NCBI GenBank assembly: GCA_002688435.1
Contig: NZCW01000011.1
Span: forward strand, 25,447 to 89,446
Origin: Dehalococcoidales bacterium
Lineage (GTDB): Bacteria; Chloroflexota; Dehalococcoidia; Dehalococcoidales; RBG-16-60-22
Length of the DNA stretch: 64,000 bases
Direction: 5' to 3'
In this document: positions 20,190 through 30,432 of the stretch, piece after piece
How positions within the stretch are numbered: position 1 is the first letter of the stretch
How the letters are laid out: every line of letters starts with the position of its first letter
The notes under the pieces: generated by a model
The model's database searches: none
What the model saw: the letters and a program-made list of their open reading frames with translations, nothing else
What the model was told of the DNA's origin: nothing
Translations under genes and position numbers: made by a program

Positions 20190-20600
20190 ATGATTGAGCG
20201 AGTCCATGAACATATCATTACCGAACTACAGCAAAACGCGCGTACCGATACTGTTTTTGTCCTCACCGCCATTATACTTAACCTGTTGACTCTGGGGATT
20301 AACTCAGGCGTCGCCTCATCAGGAGACAAGGATGCGACGATATGGACGGTGTTCTTTACCTTTATCTGTCTCTTAATAGTGGTCAACTTCGTCGCCGAAA
20401 TCGGGTTATTAAAAGGAAAGCAGACAAGAACTAAGCTGATAGACGGATTACTTAAGATGTACCGGGACCAAGGCGTAGAAGGTTATTATGATGCCTCCCT
20501 ACTGAATAACTACAATACCAGATACAACCTCTTCCTTCTCACGGTTGTTTTCATCGGACTGATAGCTATCGTCGTACCCTTAATTTTAATCATATGGTAA
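20190..20600 (+). CDS. Hypothetical membrane protein (about 3 TM)
   Basis: AGGAGG RBS; 136-aa ORF with three hydrophobic stretches. Confidence 0.75.
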   Translation: MIERVHEHIITELQQNARTDTVFVLTAIILNLLTLGINSGVASSGDKDATIWTVFFTFICLLIVVNFVAEIGLLKGKQTRTKLIDGLLKMYRDQGVEGYYDASLLNNYNTRYNLFLLTVVFIGLIAIVVPLILIIW

Positions 20601-20936
20601 ATCAGCCAGGCGCCAGACTTTTTAACCTTGTGACACGTACGCTACTGGTAACGTGGTCTTTAGGAGTTACGGTATCCGCTCACAGATAACCGCCCGGGCA
20701 ATTAAATCTCGGTCAGCCACTTTCGACCAGTGGGTGGGAAGCTTCTCTCCAATCTCACGTTGCACTTATCAGCGGACTATGATAAGGTAATTCACAAAGG
20801 AAAATGGGGATCTATTGGATGTCTTTAACGGAAAAGGAAATGACCGGGTGGGTTATGTTTCCGTACGATTTGTTGATTAACTCACCATAGATGAATTGAA
20901 TTTAGATTAGCTAACAGCGACTATTCTCGGAAGTAT

Positions 20937-21064
20937 CTGAAAGGGATAACCATAGACATTGATACCCCGACCAGTGAATACCGGAAAGCCACGGGATCCC
21001 GGGGACGGGCCGCCCTACCGAGGCCTGCTTGGTCAAGCTGGGGCTACGGGAGCTGGTGAAATAG
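20937..21064 (+). pseudogene. C-terminal remnant of aldehyde:ferredoxin oxidoreductase
   Basis: LKGITIDIDT..SEYRKA.G, frameshift, PGTGRPTEACLVKLGLRELVK*; resembles the end of the intact AOR at 57851-59725. Confidence 0.7.
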
Positions 21065-21161
21065 CCGACGGGAATCATTACTGGCCAGTGGCTGTCCCTG
21101 ACCACACTAAGAACAAATATTAAACCTCTGATAATTTATTCTACCGCGACAGGAGGCGCCC

Positions 21162-22946
21162 ATGAACGCAACCGGATCAATAGAAAGCGAACATCCCAAA
21201 CTCGACACCATCCGGTTCGAAGTCATCCGAAACGTGATGCATGCTTTCGTGGAAGAGATGGCGGCCGCCCTAGCCCGATCAGCCTACTCGACCAACATTA
21301 AGACCCGTCGCGACCACTCCTGCACCTTCTTTGATGCCCGAGGGAAGATGGTTGACCAAGCGTCCGACCAACCTTCTCACCTCGGCGCCCTAGTCTTCTC
21401 GGTACCGGCGGTACTCAAGGAGTATGGCGTAGAGAATCTTGAGCCAGGGGACGGGGTACTGGTCAACGATGCCCACCGCGGCTTGGTCCATCTGAACGAC
21501 GTGTGCCTTATTTCTCCGATTCATTACCACGGTGAAATCTTCGGCTACGTAGCCAACGCCGCCCATCACGTGGATATCGGCGGCAGGGCCCCGGGCAGTA
21601 TCGCTATGACCACCGACATCTTTCAGGAAGGGGTGATTATCCCGGGCGTCAAGTTCGTAAAGGGCGGTGAAATCGACAAAGATATGTTGAAATGGTTCAC
21701 CGCCAATGTGCGCGGCAAGAAGGAGTCCGCCGGTGACCTCAGGGCCCAGGTGGCCTCGAATAAACTCGGCGCAAGAAGGATAGTGGAGCTACTTGACAAG
21801 TACGGTGTGGAGGTAGTGAATGCGGCCATAGAGCAGCTCCACAAATATACCGAATGTCGGGTCCGCCACGAGTTCGCCCGGTTTCCCGAGGGTATCTTTG
21901 AAGGCGATGCCTACGTTGACGACGACGGTATCACTGACCAGCCGATATGTATCAAGGCCAAAGTGGTCATCAAAAAGGGAGACATGACCGTTGACCTATC
22001 AGACTCGGACCGGCAGCGTAGAGGTCCGATGAACTGCACCTTCGCCCAGACCTATTCCTCCGCCGCCTTCCCTATCCGGGCCCTGCTGCCCCCCGACCTG
22101 CCCATGAACGACGGCTTCTACCGAATGGTCAAGGTTATCGCACCGAAAGGTACGGTGGTGAACTGCACCTATCCCAGCGCGGTGGTCGGGGGATGGGAGG
22201 TGGGACAGAAGACCGTGGAAGCGGTCCTCAGGGCCTTCTCGAAGGCACTACCTGACCGGGTCCCTGCCGAGACCAAGAAGACCATCCTGCACATCGCCTT
22301 CGGTGGGGTAGACCCACGAAGCCAAGAGTATTACGTGTTTCTGGAAACCAACGGGGGTGGCTTCGGCGCCCGGCCCACCAAGGACGGGGTCGATGCGGTC
22401 CAGCCGGCTCTTCAGAATGCGGAGAACTCTCCCATTGAGGAGCTGGAAGTCGGGTATCCGGTGCAGATAGTGAGATATGAGCTGATCCCCGACTCCGAGG
22501 GTGCCGGCAAGTTCCGGGGAGGCCTAGGGTTAAGAAGAGACTACCGGTTCCGGGACCATGAAGCCAACGTTACCATACTGGCGGATACCGCCAAGTTTCC
22601 GGCCCGGGGCATATTCGGTGGCCGAGACGGCCGAACAGCCCGATACCTGTTGAACCCCTGCGGTAAGAACTTCCGAGATGTCGGCTCTAAATCCACCTTC
22701 TACGCCGGTCCCACGGATATCGTCAGCATGCAGACTCCCGGGGGAGGGGGCTGCGGAGACCCGCGGGAAAGAGAGCCGACGGCGGTACTCGATGATGTCC
22801 GATGCAGCAAGACTTCGCTGGACAGGGCTCGTGAAGTATATGGCGTCGTCATCAACCCGGAGAGCTGGAGTGTAGACCTGAAGGAGACATCCAGGTTAAG
22901 GAAAACCCGGGGAGGAACGAGAGGTCGGCAGAATGCCGCAGTATAG
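21162..22946 (+). CDS. Hydantoinase B / 5-oxoprolinase beta-type subunit
   Basis: RSAYSTNIK..DHSC, HLG, HLND, HHVDIGG, GAGKFRGGLG, TPGGGG. Confidence 0.92.
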   Translation: MNATGSIESEHPKLDTIRFEVIRNVMHAFVEEMAAALARSAYSTNIKTRRDHSCTFFDARGKMVDQASDQPSHLGALVFSVPAVLKEYGVENLEPGDGVLVNDAHRGLVHLNDVCLISPIHYHGEIFGYVANAAHHVDIGGRAPGSIAMTTDIFQEGVIIPGVKFVKGGEIDKDMLKWFTANVRGKKESAGDLRAQVASNKLGARRIVELLDKYGVEVVNAAIEQLHKYTECRVRHEFARFPEGIFEGDAYVDDDGITDQPICIKAKVVIKKGDMTVDLSDSDRQRRGPMNCTFAQTYSSAAFPIRALLPPDLPMNDGFYRMVKVIAPKGTVVNCTYPSAVVGGWEVGQKTVEAVLRAFSKALPDRVPAETKKTILHIAFGGVDPRSQEYYVFLETNGGGFGARPTKDGVDAVQPALQNAENSPIEELEVGYPVQIVRYELIPDSEGAGKFRGGLGLRRDYRFRDHEANVTILADTAKFPARGIFGGRDGRTARYLLNPCGKNFRDVGSKSTFYAGPTDIVSMQTPGGGGCGDPREREPTAVLDDVRCSKTSLDRAREVYGVVINPESWSVDLKETSRLRKTRGGTRGRQNAAV

Positions 22947-25053
22947 GCTCGGGGTCGATATCGGTGGCACCTTCACCGATGTGGTTCTCATGAACCTCGG
23001 GACGGGTGAATTCCGGACGGCCAAGGTGGCCACCACCCCACAGGACCTTTCCACAGGCTTTCTACACGCTATGGAAAGGGTAGTGGTGGAAGCCGCCGTC
23101 ACTCCGGGAGAGGTAGCGCAGATTATCCATGCGACGACGGTGGCGACCAACGCCATTATTGAGAACAAGGTTGCCCGGAGCGCCTTCATCACCACCAGAG
23201 GTTTTCGGGATATTCTGGAGATACAGAGGCAAATCAGGCCTACTCTCTATGACCTCTTCTTCGACAAGCCGCCATCACTGATTCCCCGATATCTCTGCTA
23301 CGAGGTGACCGAGCGGGTGACGGCCGAGGGTGAGGTGCTACAGCCTCTGGACGAAGACGAAGTCAGGCAGGTAGTACGACAAATCAAACAGGAGGCGGTT
23401 GAAGCTATCGCGGTATGCTTCCTCCATTCTTACATCACCCCGGCCCACGAAAGGAGGACAGGCGAAATAGTTAAAGCGGAGTTTCCCGAGGCTTATCTAA
23501 CCTTGTCTTCGGAGATTAATCCCGAGTTTCGGGAGTACTTCCGGGCCAGCACCACGGTCATCAACGCGGTGCTCATGCCGCTTGTTGCCCGGTATGTGGA
23601 CAAACTCCAGAAAGAAATTTCTGCGCGAGGCTTCAAATCAGGTCTCCACGTAATGCAGTCCGGCGGAGGCTTGATGACCGGTGAAGTAGCCCGGGATAAG
23701 CCGGCGGCTATGGTCGAATCGGGCCCAGCAGCCGGGGTCATCGCCGCCTCATCTTTAGGCACTCTACTGGGGTATCCGAACGTGATATCCTTCGATATGG
23801 GCGGTACCACCGCTAAAGCCGGCCTAGTAGAGCGCGGGCGCCCGAAGCTCGCCGTGAACTACGAGGTAGGCAGCGCCGCCATCAGCCCCGATGCCCACGG
23901 CAAGAAAGGCTCGGGCTACCCATTGCAGACTCCGGTCATCGACCTTGTCGAGATAGGTGCCGGTGGAGGAAGTATCGCCTGGATTGATACCGGTGGCGCT
24001 CTGAGGGTGGGACCGCAAAGCGCCGGCGCCGACCCCGGTCCAGCATGCTACATGGCCGGCGGTACCCTACCCACCATTACCGATGCCAATGTTGTTCTGG
24101 GCAGAATAGACCCTGACTACTTCCTAGGCGGAGAAATCAAGCTTGACCGAAAGGCCGCGGAAAAAGCCATTGAAGAGCACTGCGCCAGGACGCTGGATAA
24201 GGATGTAGCCACCACGGCAGCAGGCATCGTTGAGATTGCCAATGCCCACATGATTAGAGCCTTGAGGATCGTGTCGGTGGAGAGAGGTTACGACCCCCGT
24301 GAATATGTGCTAATCGCTTTCGGCGGGGCGGGACCGATGCACGTCAACGGAATTGTCAAAGAGCTAGAGATTCCAACGGTTATCGTTCCCTTAAACCCGG
24401 GGATAACCTCGGCCCTAGGTCTACTGATGACCGATCTCAGGCATGACTACGTGGTTACCTATATTTGTCGGGTTGACCGGCTCGACCTGGATAAAGTGAA
24501 CCGGGTCTACCGCGACTTTACCGCTCAGGGGAGAAGCCTACTGACCCAGGAAAACGTGAAAGAGGCAGACATGCTTTTCTCCAAGTTTATGGATATAAGA
24601 TATGTGGGACAGTCCTATGAGCGGACCATTCCGGTACCGAGTAAGGAGATAGCGATCAAAGATATGGGGGAGATAGCGGCCTTGTTCCATAAGGAGCACG
24701 AGAGGGCTTACGGGCACTGCGCCCCTAATGAGCCGGTAGAAGTAGCCAACCTGAAGCTGTCCGCCACCGGGATCATACCCAAACCCAAGCTTAAGGACTT
24801 GAAGAGAGGTGAATCAACTCCCGAAGCAGCGCTACTAACCACTCGGCAGGTATACTTCTCTGAAACTGAGGGTTTTGTCGAATGCTCTGTCTACGATAGA
24901 TACAAGCTCAGGCAGGGTAATGCAATAAAGAGCCCGGCGATAGTGGAGGATAAGGACGCGACGACGGTAATCCATCCGGGTTACCAAGTTGAAGTCGGCA
25001 GATACGGAAATCTGATACTTACCCCGGGATCAGGGGAGACGACGAAACCCTGA
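22933..25053 (+). CDS. Hydantoinase A / 5-oxoprolinase ATP-binding subunit
   Basis: DIGGTFTD, HATT..TN, SGPAAG, DMGGTT, IGAGGGS, FGGAG. Confidence 0.93.
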   Translation: MPQYRLGVDIGGTFTDVVLMNLGTGEFRTAKVATTPQDLSTGFLHAMERVVVEAAVTPGEVAQIIHATTVATNAIIENKVARSAFITTRGFRDILEIQRQIRPTLYDLFFDKPPSLIPRYLCYEVTERVTAEGEVLQPLDEDEVRQVVRQIKQEAVEAIAVCFLHSYITPAHERRTGEIVKAEFPEAYLTLSSEINPEFREYFRASTTVINAVLMPLVARYVDKLQKEISARGFKSGLHVMQSGGGLMTGEVARDKPAAMVESGPAAGVIAASSLGTLLGYPNVISFDMGGTTAKAGLVERGRPKLAVNYEVGSAAISPDAHGKKGSGYPLQTPVIDLVEIGAGGGSIAWIDTGGALRVGPQSAGADPGPACYMAGGTLPTITDANVVLGRIDPDYFLGGEIKLDRKAAEKAIEEHCARTLDKDVATTAAGIVEIANAHMIRALRIVSVERGYDPREYVLIAFGGAGPMHVNGIVKELEIPTVIVPLNPGITSALGLLMTDLRHDYVVTYICRVDRLDLDKVNRVYRDFTAQGRSLLTQENVKEADMLFSKFMDIRYVGQSYERTIPVPSKEIAIKDMGEIAALFHKEHERAYGHCAPNEPVEVANLKLSATGIIPKPKLKDLKRGESTPEAALLTTRQVYFSETEGFVECSVYDRYKLRQGNAIKSPAIVEDKDATTVIHPGYQVEVGRYGNLILTPGSGETTKP

Positions 25054-25106
25054 TAACCTCTGCTTAACGAGGGGAACATTATTTAGAAGAACCATTCTTA
25101 TTAACA

Positions 25107-26378
25107 ATGCCTTTGCGATGGGAAACCCCTAAGGTATTTTACGGCTGGTGGATTGTTGTCGCGTCTTTCCTTATTGCCACATACGCAGGTGGAGTGGCGT
25201 TTTACGGTTTCACCGCTTTTTTTGAGCCTATAGCCAACGAGACGGGCTGGAGCTACACGCAAATCTCACTAGCGGCCTCAATACGCGGCCTGGAGATGAG
25301 CCTGCTTTCGCCACTGGTGGGTATTCTGGCTGACCGCTGGGGGCCCAAAAGGCTGGTATTCAGCGGTGTGTTTGTTATGGTAGCCGGTCTACTTCTCCTC
25401 GGTACCGCCCAGTCCCTGACCATGTTTTACTTGGCCTTCGCACTACTTGCCCTAGGAGCGAGTACTTGCTCGGTAACCGTGCTAATGACAGCCGTGACTA
25501 ACTGGTTTCGGAGTAAGATGGGTCTAGCCAGCGGTATCGCCATCTGTGGCTTCGGCTTCAGTGGTCTACTTATCCCAGTAGCAGTGAATCTCATTACTGT
25601 TTATGACTGGCGCATGGCAGTAAATATCCTTGCCCTGGGTATGCTGTTTCTGCTTTTACCGCTGTCGCTCTTTTTGCGCCACCACCCCGAGCAATATGGT
25701 TACTTTCCCGATGGTCGGAAACCAAACGCCGCAGCCAGCCTTGACGAGCTGGGGGCCAAGCAGGTTAACGAGGCCGAGATAAGAGTAAAGCCGGCGCTTA
25801 AGAGTGGTGCGCTCTGGCGGCTGGCACTATCACGAATGTACCAAATGATGGTGGTGGGAGCCGTAAGCACTCACATAATGCCCTATCTCAGCAGTATCGG
25901 CATTAGCCGGTCACGCTCCAGCTTGGTTGCAATGCTAATCCCGCTGATAAGCGTTTTTGGTCGCCTTGGTTTTGGCTTATTGGGGGACAAATTCAATAAA
26001 CGACTGGTGGCGTCCGCGAGCTTCGTTTTGATAGGTGCTGGCGCACTCTGTCTGGCATATATCTCCTTGACGAATATCTGGTTGATCGTTCTTTTCCTCG
26101 TATTAATGGGTACCGGTTACGGGGGTACCAACGGAATCCTGCCACCGCTGGGGAGAGAGTACTTTGGCAGGACCCATTTCGGAAGCATCTACGGACTAAT
26201 GGAAGGCATTGGTACTATCGGAGGCATAATCGGCCCGGCCATAGCCGGGTGGGCCTATGATAACTGGAACAGTTACTATACCGTCTGGTTATGGCTGGCT
26301 GGCTTAATGGTCGTTCCCGTAATCTCGGTCTTCACCATCACTCCCATCGAGAATACGGATACTAAAAATCAATCGTAA
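25107..26378 (+). CDS. MFS transporter (OxlT/YhjX-like)
   Basis: FYGWWIV N-terminus, GILADRWG, REYFGR..FGSIYG. Confidence 0.9.
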   Translation: MPLRWETPKVFYGWWIVVASFLIATYAGGVAFYGFTAFFEPIANETGWSYTQISLAASIRGLEMSLLSPLVGILADRWGPKRLVFSGVFVMVAGLLLLGTAQSLTMFYLAFALLALGASTCSVTVLMTAVTNWFRSKMGLASGIAICGFGFSGLLIPVAVNLITVYDWRMAVNILALGMLFLLLPLSLFLRHHPEQYGYFPDGRKPNAAASLDELGAKQVNEAEIRVKPALKSGALWRLALSRMYQMMVVGAVSTHIMPYLSSIGISRSRSSLVAMLIPLISVFGRLGFGLLGDKFNKRLVASASFVLIGAGALCLAYISLTNIWLIVLFLVLMGTGYGGTNGILPPLGREYFGRTHFGSIYGLMEGIGTIGGIIGPAIAGWAYDNWNSYYTVWLWLAGLMVVPVISVFTITPIENTDTKNQS

Positions 26379-26423
26379 TATAATCATAGCGTCTCTGATT
26401 TAACCGAGCATTAAGTCGGGCAG

Positions 26424-26834
26424 TTACTTTACTTGGTTTCGCCAAAAAGACCAGATAAACCAGAGCAAAAACAGATAGGCCGTCAGGCTGGAGATCACGA
26501 TAAGAGTACCTATTATTTTACTCGGAAGCGGGGCCGCTTCCGACGAGGGAATAAAGTTAATGTAATGGGAGACGCCGGCTATAAGACCCGCCGTAGCCAC
26601 CGCCACCACTCCGATTAGTACTGGCTGGCGTTTCAGCTTTTGCAGACTGGGCCTGATGGTGAGATAGACAACCAGGGCATCAGCGCTCAGCAGGGCAAAG
26701 ATAAGAGGGATGAAAATGACCATGGTCCCTGAAGTCGGGATAACGATAATCTGCCAGAAGGCACGGATGATTACGGCACTGGTGGCCAGCGTAAAGGACG
26801 CGATAATCCCTATTTTCAGGTACCAGTAATTCAT
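26424..26834 (-). CDS. Hypothetical membrane protein (about 4 TM)
   Basis: 136-aa hydrophobic ORF. Confidence 0.6.
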   Translation of the reverse strand: MNYWYLKIGIIASFTLATSAVIIRAFWQIIVIPTSGTMVIFIPLIFALLSADALVVYLTIRPSLQKLKRQPVLIGVVAVATAGLIAGVSHYINFIPSSEAAPLPSKIIGTLIVISSLTAYLFLLWFIWSFWRNQVK

Positions 26835-27119
26835 AATGTCTTACCGCCAGACGGGTCTAACGGTACTGGTCCATACTAGCATCACGCGGGATAATTATCA
26901 ATTAAATATTAATGGGCCAGAGCTGATACCTCCGGTGACCATATCTTATCAAGATGGCTAGCGGCTCGGAAGTTATCTGGAACACGGTATTGGTAATTTA
27001 CCCGTTAAGCCGGTCCCTTTTTCTTGAATCGATAATATACATACCATAACCCAACTTGTGCAAAGCTCGTAGATTCATTTCTCCACCTGCTTAATGATAG
27101 CCGCACCCGGCTTTTTAGT

Positions 27120-27650
27120 TTAAACGCCATCCAGAGACGGGTGTTCTTTCATCACAAACCAGCCGACCGGATCTTTAAGAAATTCGTAGTAGTCAAGCAG
27201 CACTATGTGGTGTTCTCTCTCTTCGGCCGCCACGGTCTCGTAAAAGCCCCGCTCAGCGTCGTGGGTGGCTTCTTTACGCTGACCTTGATAGAAATCATGG
27301 GACCTTTTTTCCATATCCATAGCGGTTTGCACCGCTTGGAGCTCAGTGTCACCCATTTTTACCCAAGTACCTGTCTCCTCGGCTATCCTAGCAAATACGC
27401 TTCTAAGTCTTCTACCTTTGTCGGGCTGAAAATCGGTCACCGGCCAAGCCTTCTGGTTTCGTATGGCATTGTATATCTCTTCAAACTTCCGGCGGTGAAT
27501 GTCCTCCTCCGCGGCTAATGATTCCAGTAGTTTCTTCCCCAGTTCATTACTGCTTTCCTGGCTAGCTTTCCGGTAGTATTTCTGGCCATTAATTTCCATC
27601 TGGATGGCAATTTGAAGTGCTTCCAAGGTTCTGGCCTGTTCGGCAGTCAT
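27120..27650 (-). CDS. Ferritin-like (rubrerythrin-family) protein
   Basis: Repeated A..ME....FY...LA.EE..H di-iron motifs. Confidence 0.88.
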   Translation of the reverse strand: MTAEQARTLEALQIAIQMEINGQKYYRKASQESSNELGKKLLESLAAEEDIHRRKFEEIYNAIRNQKAWPVTDFQPDKGRRLRSVFARIAEETGTWVKMGDTELQAVQTAMDMEKRSHDFYQGQRKEATHDAERGFYETVAAEEREHHIVLLDYYEFLKDPVGWFVMKEHPSLDGV

Positions 27651-27705
27651 ATTTACTCTCCATTAACTCAAAGATCGGGAAGCGAAACGGCAGAGAGGTA
27701 ACAGG

Positions 27706-28203
27706 CTATCTACTAGCCTTCTCCTTCTTCTTGGCTGAGATTGATATCTTCTTGGGCTTGACCTCCGAGGCTTTGGGAAGACTAATCCCCAGGACCCCAT
27801 CCTCGTAACTAGCAGCAATCTTCTTGGCGTCTACATTAGACGGCAGGGCTATTGAGCGTGAGAAACTACCGTAAGAACACTCACAGCAGTAATAGTCTTC
27901 CTCTTTGACCTCGCTCTCGGTCTTCTTCTCTCCTTTTATGGTCAGGGTGTTATCCACCACTGAGATATCCATATCCTCCTCTTTTATCCCGGGGAGTTCC
28001 GCCTTCACCACAAACTTACCTTCTTTTTCAAACACCTCTACGGCCGGTGCCCACCCCATCTCCAGTGACGGGATACGCCGCCACACTGCGGGTAGCCACG
28101 ACCGGTCAAAAACATCTTCAAAGTGCTGTTCTATGTTCTCCAACTCCCGAAACGGCCTCCAGGGAATCAGTCCTTTTCCTGATCTCCATCTTTGCATTAC
28201 CAT
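27706..28203 (-). CDS. Hsp20/alpha-crystallin small heat-shock protein
   Basis: WAPAVEV, AELPG, LTIKGE, YGSFSRSI.LP, A.YEDGVL.I.LPK. Confidence 0.93.
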   Translation of the reverse strand: MVMQRWRSGKGLIPWRPFRELENIEQHFEDVFDRSWLPAVWRRIPSLEMGWAPAVEVFEKEGKFVVKAELPGIKEEDMDISVVDNTLTIKGEKKTESEVKEEDYYCCECSYGSFSRSIALPSNVDAKKIAASYEDGVLGISLPKASEVKPKKISISAKKKEKASR

Positions 28204-28302
28204 AGCTTACCTCCTTCTGTTTATTAGCTCAACCAAGGTCCCGCCTCCCAAACCTCCGAGTTACCTGTTGACTAACCGGGCACCTAATATCTTTTATAAA
28301 AG

Positions 28303-28521
28303 TTAAGAAGTACCGCGGTACTGCTCCGGGGCCTCAGGAACTGGGCCCTCTCGTCCCGCGTAGGTGGCGTCCGGCCACGAATTGTAGAATTCCTCATCAG
28401 CGCCGCAGAACTTACAGACACCACGACTGGTAGTGCCTCTAGCCTCCTCAATTATCCAGTAATGCCAGCATTCCTTTTTTACTGCCGGCTTTTCCGGCAC
28501 TTCTCTGATCTTATGTTCCAT
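28303..28521 (-). CDS. Small putative zinc-finger protein
   Basis: CxHYW..GVCKFCG..F.NS; strong GGAGG RBS. Confidence 0.7.
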   Translation of the reverse strand: MEHKIREVPEKPAVKKECWHYWIIEEARGTTSRGVCKFCGADEEFYNSWPDATYAGREGPVPEAPEQYRGTS

Positions 28522-28550
28522 CCGGCACCTCCTCTCCTTAAGTTCATATT

Positions 28551-28732
28551 ATTTTAGACCGGGAGATAACTTCTGTCTGTGACTTTTATCCCATTAGCTA
28601 CCCCCGCCTTTCCGCCGTTTCTCCAGATGCTTCCTTATTATTTCTTTTACAGAAGGCCGTACAAATACTATAATTGAAGGAATAAATAAAAGGGATAAAA
28701 GTCACAGACAACGGCCGTACAAATGCTATAAT
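28551..28732. promoter_or_regulatory. Divergent promoters each with a Crp/Fnr-like box
   Basis: TGTGA-N6-TCCCA (28578-28593) and AGGGA-N6-TCACA (28691-28706) lie within a perfect 19-bp inverted repeat; each is about 29 bp from a -10 (TAAAAT minus, TGcTATAAT plus). Confidence 0.7.
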
Positions 28733-28753
28733 TGAGGGAATAAATAAAAGGGA
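28655..28753 (+). repeat. 41-bp direct repeat (2 mismatches) containing TATAAT
   Basis: ggccgtacaaatRctataattgaRggaataaataaaaggga at 28655-28695 and 28713-28753. Confidence 0.9.
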
Positions 28754-28761
28754 GGTAACCC

Positions 28762-29265
28762 ATGGGCAATACTCAGGAGAATTTAAAAGCAGCGTTCGCC
28801 GGGGAAAGCCAGGCTAACCGCCGCTACCTATACTCTGCCGAGCAAGCGGATAAAGACGGGCATCGACAGATCGCCAGGCTATTCCGAGCCATTGCCGAGG
28901 CGGAGACGGTCCACGCCCGCAACCACATTAGAACTCTGGGAGAAATCAAATCGACTAAAGAAAACCTTGAAGCGGCCATCGGCGGGGAACTTTATGAATT
29001 CACCACCATGTACCCCGAATTTATCGAACAGGCTAAAGCGGAAGGAAGCAAGGGTGCTGAGGTGGTCCTGGATTACGCCAATAAGGTCGAGAAAATCCAT
29101 CACACCCTGTACGAGAAAGCTCTCAATGCTCTGGAAGAGGGGCAGTCGTTAGAGGACAAGCCTTACTTTATCTGCCAGGTCTGTGGCTACACGGTGGCCG
29201 AAGAAGCGCCCGGGAAATGCCCGATATGCCAGGCGCCACAGGAAAAGTTCAGGCGTATCGAATAG
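28762..29265 (+). CDS. rbr: Rubrerythrin
   Basis: AFAGESQA, AE.VHA, YPEF, VEKIH, C-terminal CQVCG..CPIC rubredoxin domain. Confidence 0.95.
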   Translation: MGNTQENLKAAFAGESQANRRYLYSAEQADKDGHRQIARLFRAIAEAETVHARNHIRTLGEIKSTKENLEAAIGGELYEFTTMYPEFIEQAKAEGSKGAEVVLDYANKVEKIHHTLYEKALNALEEGQSLEDKPYFICQVCGYTVAEEAPGKCPICQAPQEKFRRIE

Positions 29266-29395
29266 AGCTTATGAAAGACATCTCCAAACGTAGTATTCCG
29301 CTTGAGGGACTAGGCAACCGCGTCTTCCGTCTTACTATCCTGTCTTAGTAACCTCAATGTGGGGCGCCGGGCAGTTTTTACACCAGGAGGCCTCT

Positions 29396-30310
29396 ATGCA
29401 CGAACTGATGGTAATTGGTGGTGGACCGGCGGGAATTGCCGCCGGGGTATATGCCGCCCGTAAACAGCTGAAAACGCTGCTAATTAGCGGTGATATCGGC
29501 GGGCAGATTAATAACACCCTAGGCATTGAGAATTATCTGGGTTATCAATTCGTGGAAGGTCCTGAACTGATAAGCAAGTTCCGGACCCAGATGAGCCAGT
29601 TTCCCATTGACCAGAAAATCGGCGATAAGGTGTCCCAACTAGAGAAGGTCGACGGCGGTTTTGAAGCTATATCGGAGGCCGGTAACCGGTATCAGGCCAA
29701 GGCGGTGGTTTTGGCCACCGGAAAACGGCCCAGAAAACTTAACGTGCCGGGTGAGGTAGAGTTTACCGGCCGAGGCGTAACTTATTGTGCTGTCTGTGAC
29801 GGCCCTATCTTCGCCGGACAGAGAGTGGCGGTGGTGGGAGGGGGCAACTCGGCACTTGAGGCGACGCTAGACATGATAAAAATCGCCGAGCACGTAGACC
29901 TAGTGTCACTGACACCGTTGACCGGTGACCAGGTTCTTATCGACCAGCTGGGCAATGCCAAAAACCTGGAAATTTTTACCGAACACCAGACGCGGGAGAT
30001 TAAAGGCCAAGACTTCGTGGCAGGCATGGTGATTAAAGACCAGAAAAGTGGCGCCGAGAAACGTCTGGCCGTCACCGGAGTATTCATAGAAATCGGACTG
30101 ATACCCAACTCGGAAACCGTAAAAGGACTGCTGGAACTCAACCGGCTGGGAGAGGTGCCGGTCAGCTGCGCTAATGAGACCACGCTGCCCGGACTTTACG
30201 CCGCCGGGGATGTGACTAACGTACCGGAAAAACAAATCATCGTGGCCGCCGGAGAAGGTGCTAAAGCCACGCTTCAAGCCCACCGTTATCTACAACGTTT
30301 GACTGGATAG
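29396..30310 (+). CDS. trxB: Thioredoxin reductase / AhpF C-terminal-like
   Basis: GGGPAG, CAVCDG, GGGNSA, AAGD; AGGAGG RBS before ATG 29396. Confidence 0.88.
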   Translation: MHELMVIGGGPAGIAAGVYAARKQLKTLLISGDIGGQINNTLGIENYLGYQFVEGPELISKFRTQMSQFPIDQKIGDKVSQLEKVDGGFEAISEAGNRYQAKAVVLATGKRPRKLNVPGEVEFTGRGVTYCAVCDGPIFAGQRVAVVGGGNSALEATLDMIKIAEHVDLVSLTPLTGDQVLIDQLGNAKNLEIFTEHQTREIKGQDFVAGMVIKDQKSGAEKRLAVTGVFIEIGLIPNSETVKGLLELNRLGEVPVSCANETTLPGLYAAGDVTNVPEKQIIVAAGEGAKATLQAHRYLQRLTG

Positions 30311-30432
30311 CTATCCGTAGAGGAGGGAGGTAATGGTCAGGAAGGTGCTGAAATTATACTATACTTTGGTTACCCACTGGGCTGGCAAATTTAGAATACA
30401 GCATCAGCCAAGGGTTAACGGGAGGTGATCTT

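Noticed and set aside
20975-21064. AAAGCCACGG-containing GC-rich stretch resembling a c-di-GMP-I riboswitch
   Set aside because: Other riboswitch elements are missing and it translates convincingly as an AOR C-terminal remnant
28655-28753. Direct repeat as a mini-CRISPR
   Set aside because: Only two copies, a 17-bp spacer, contains promoter elements, and no cas genes
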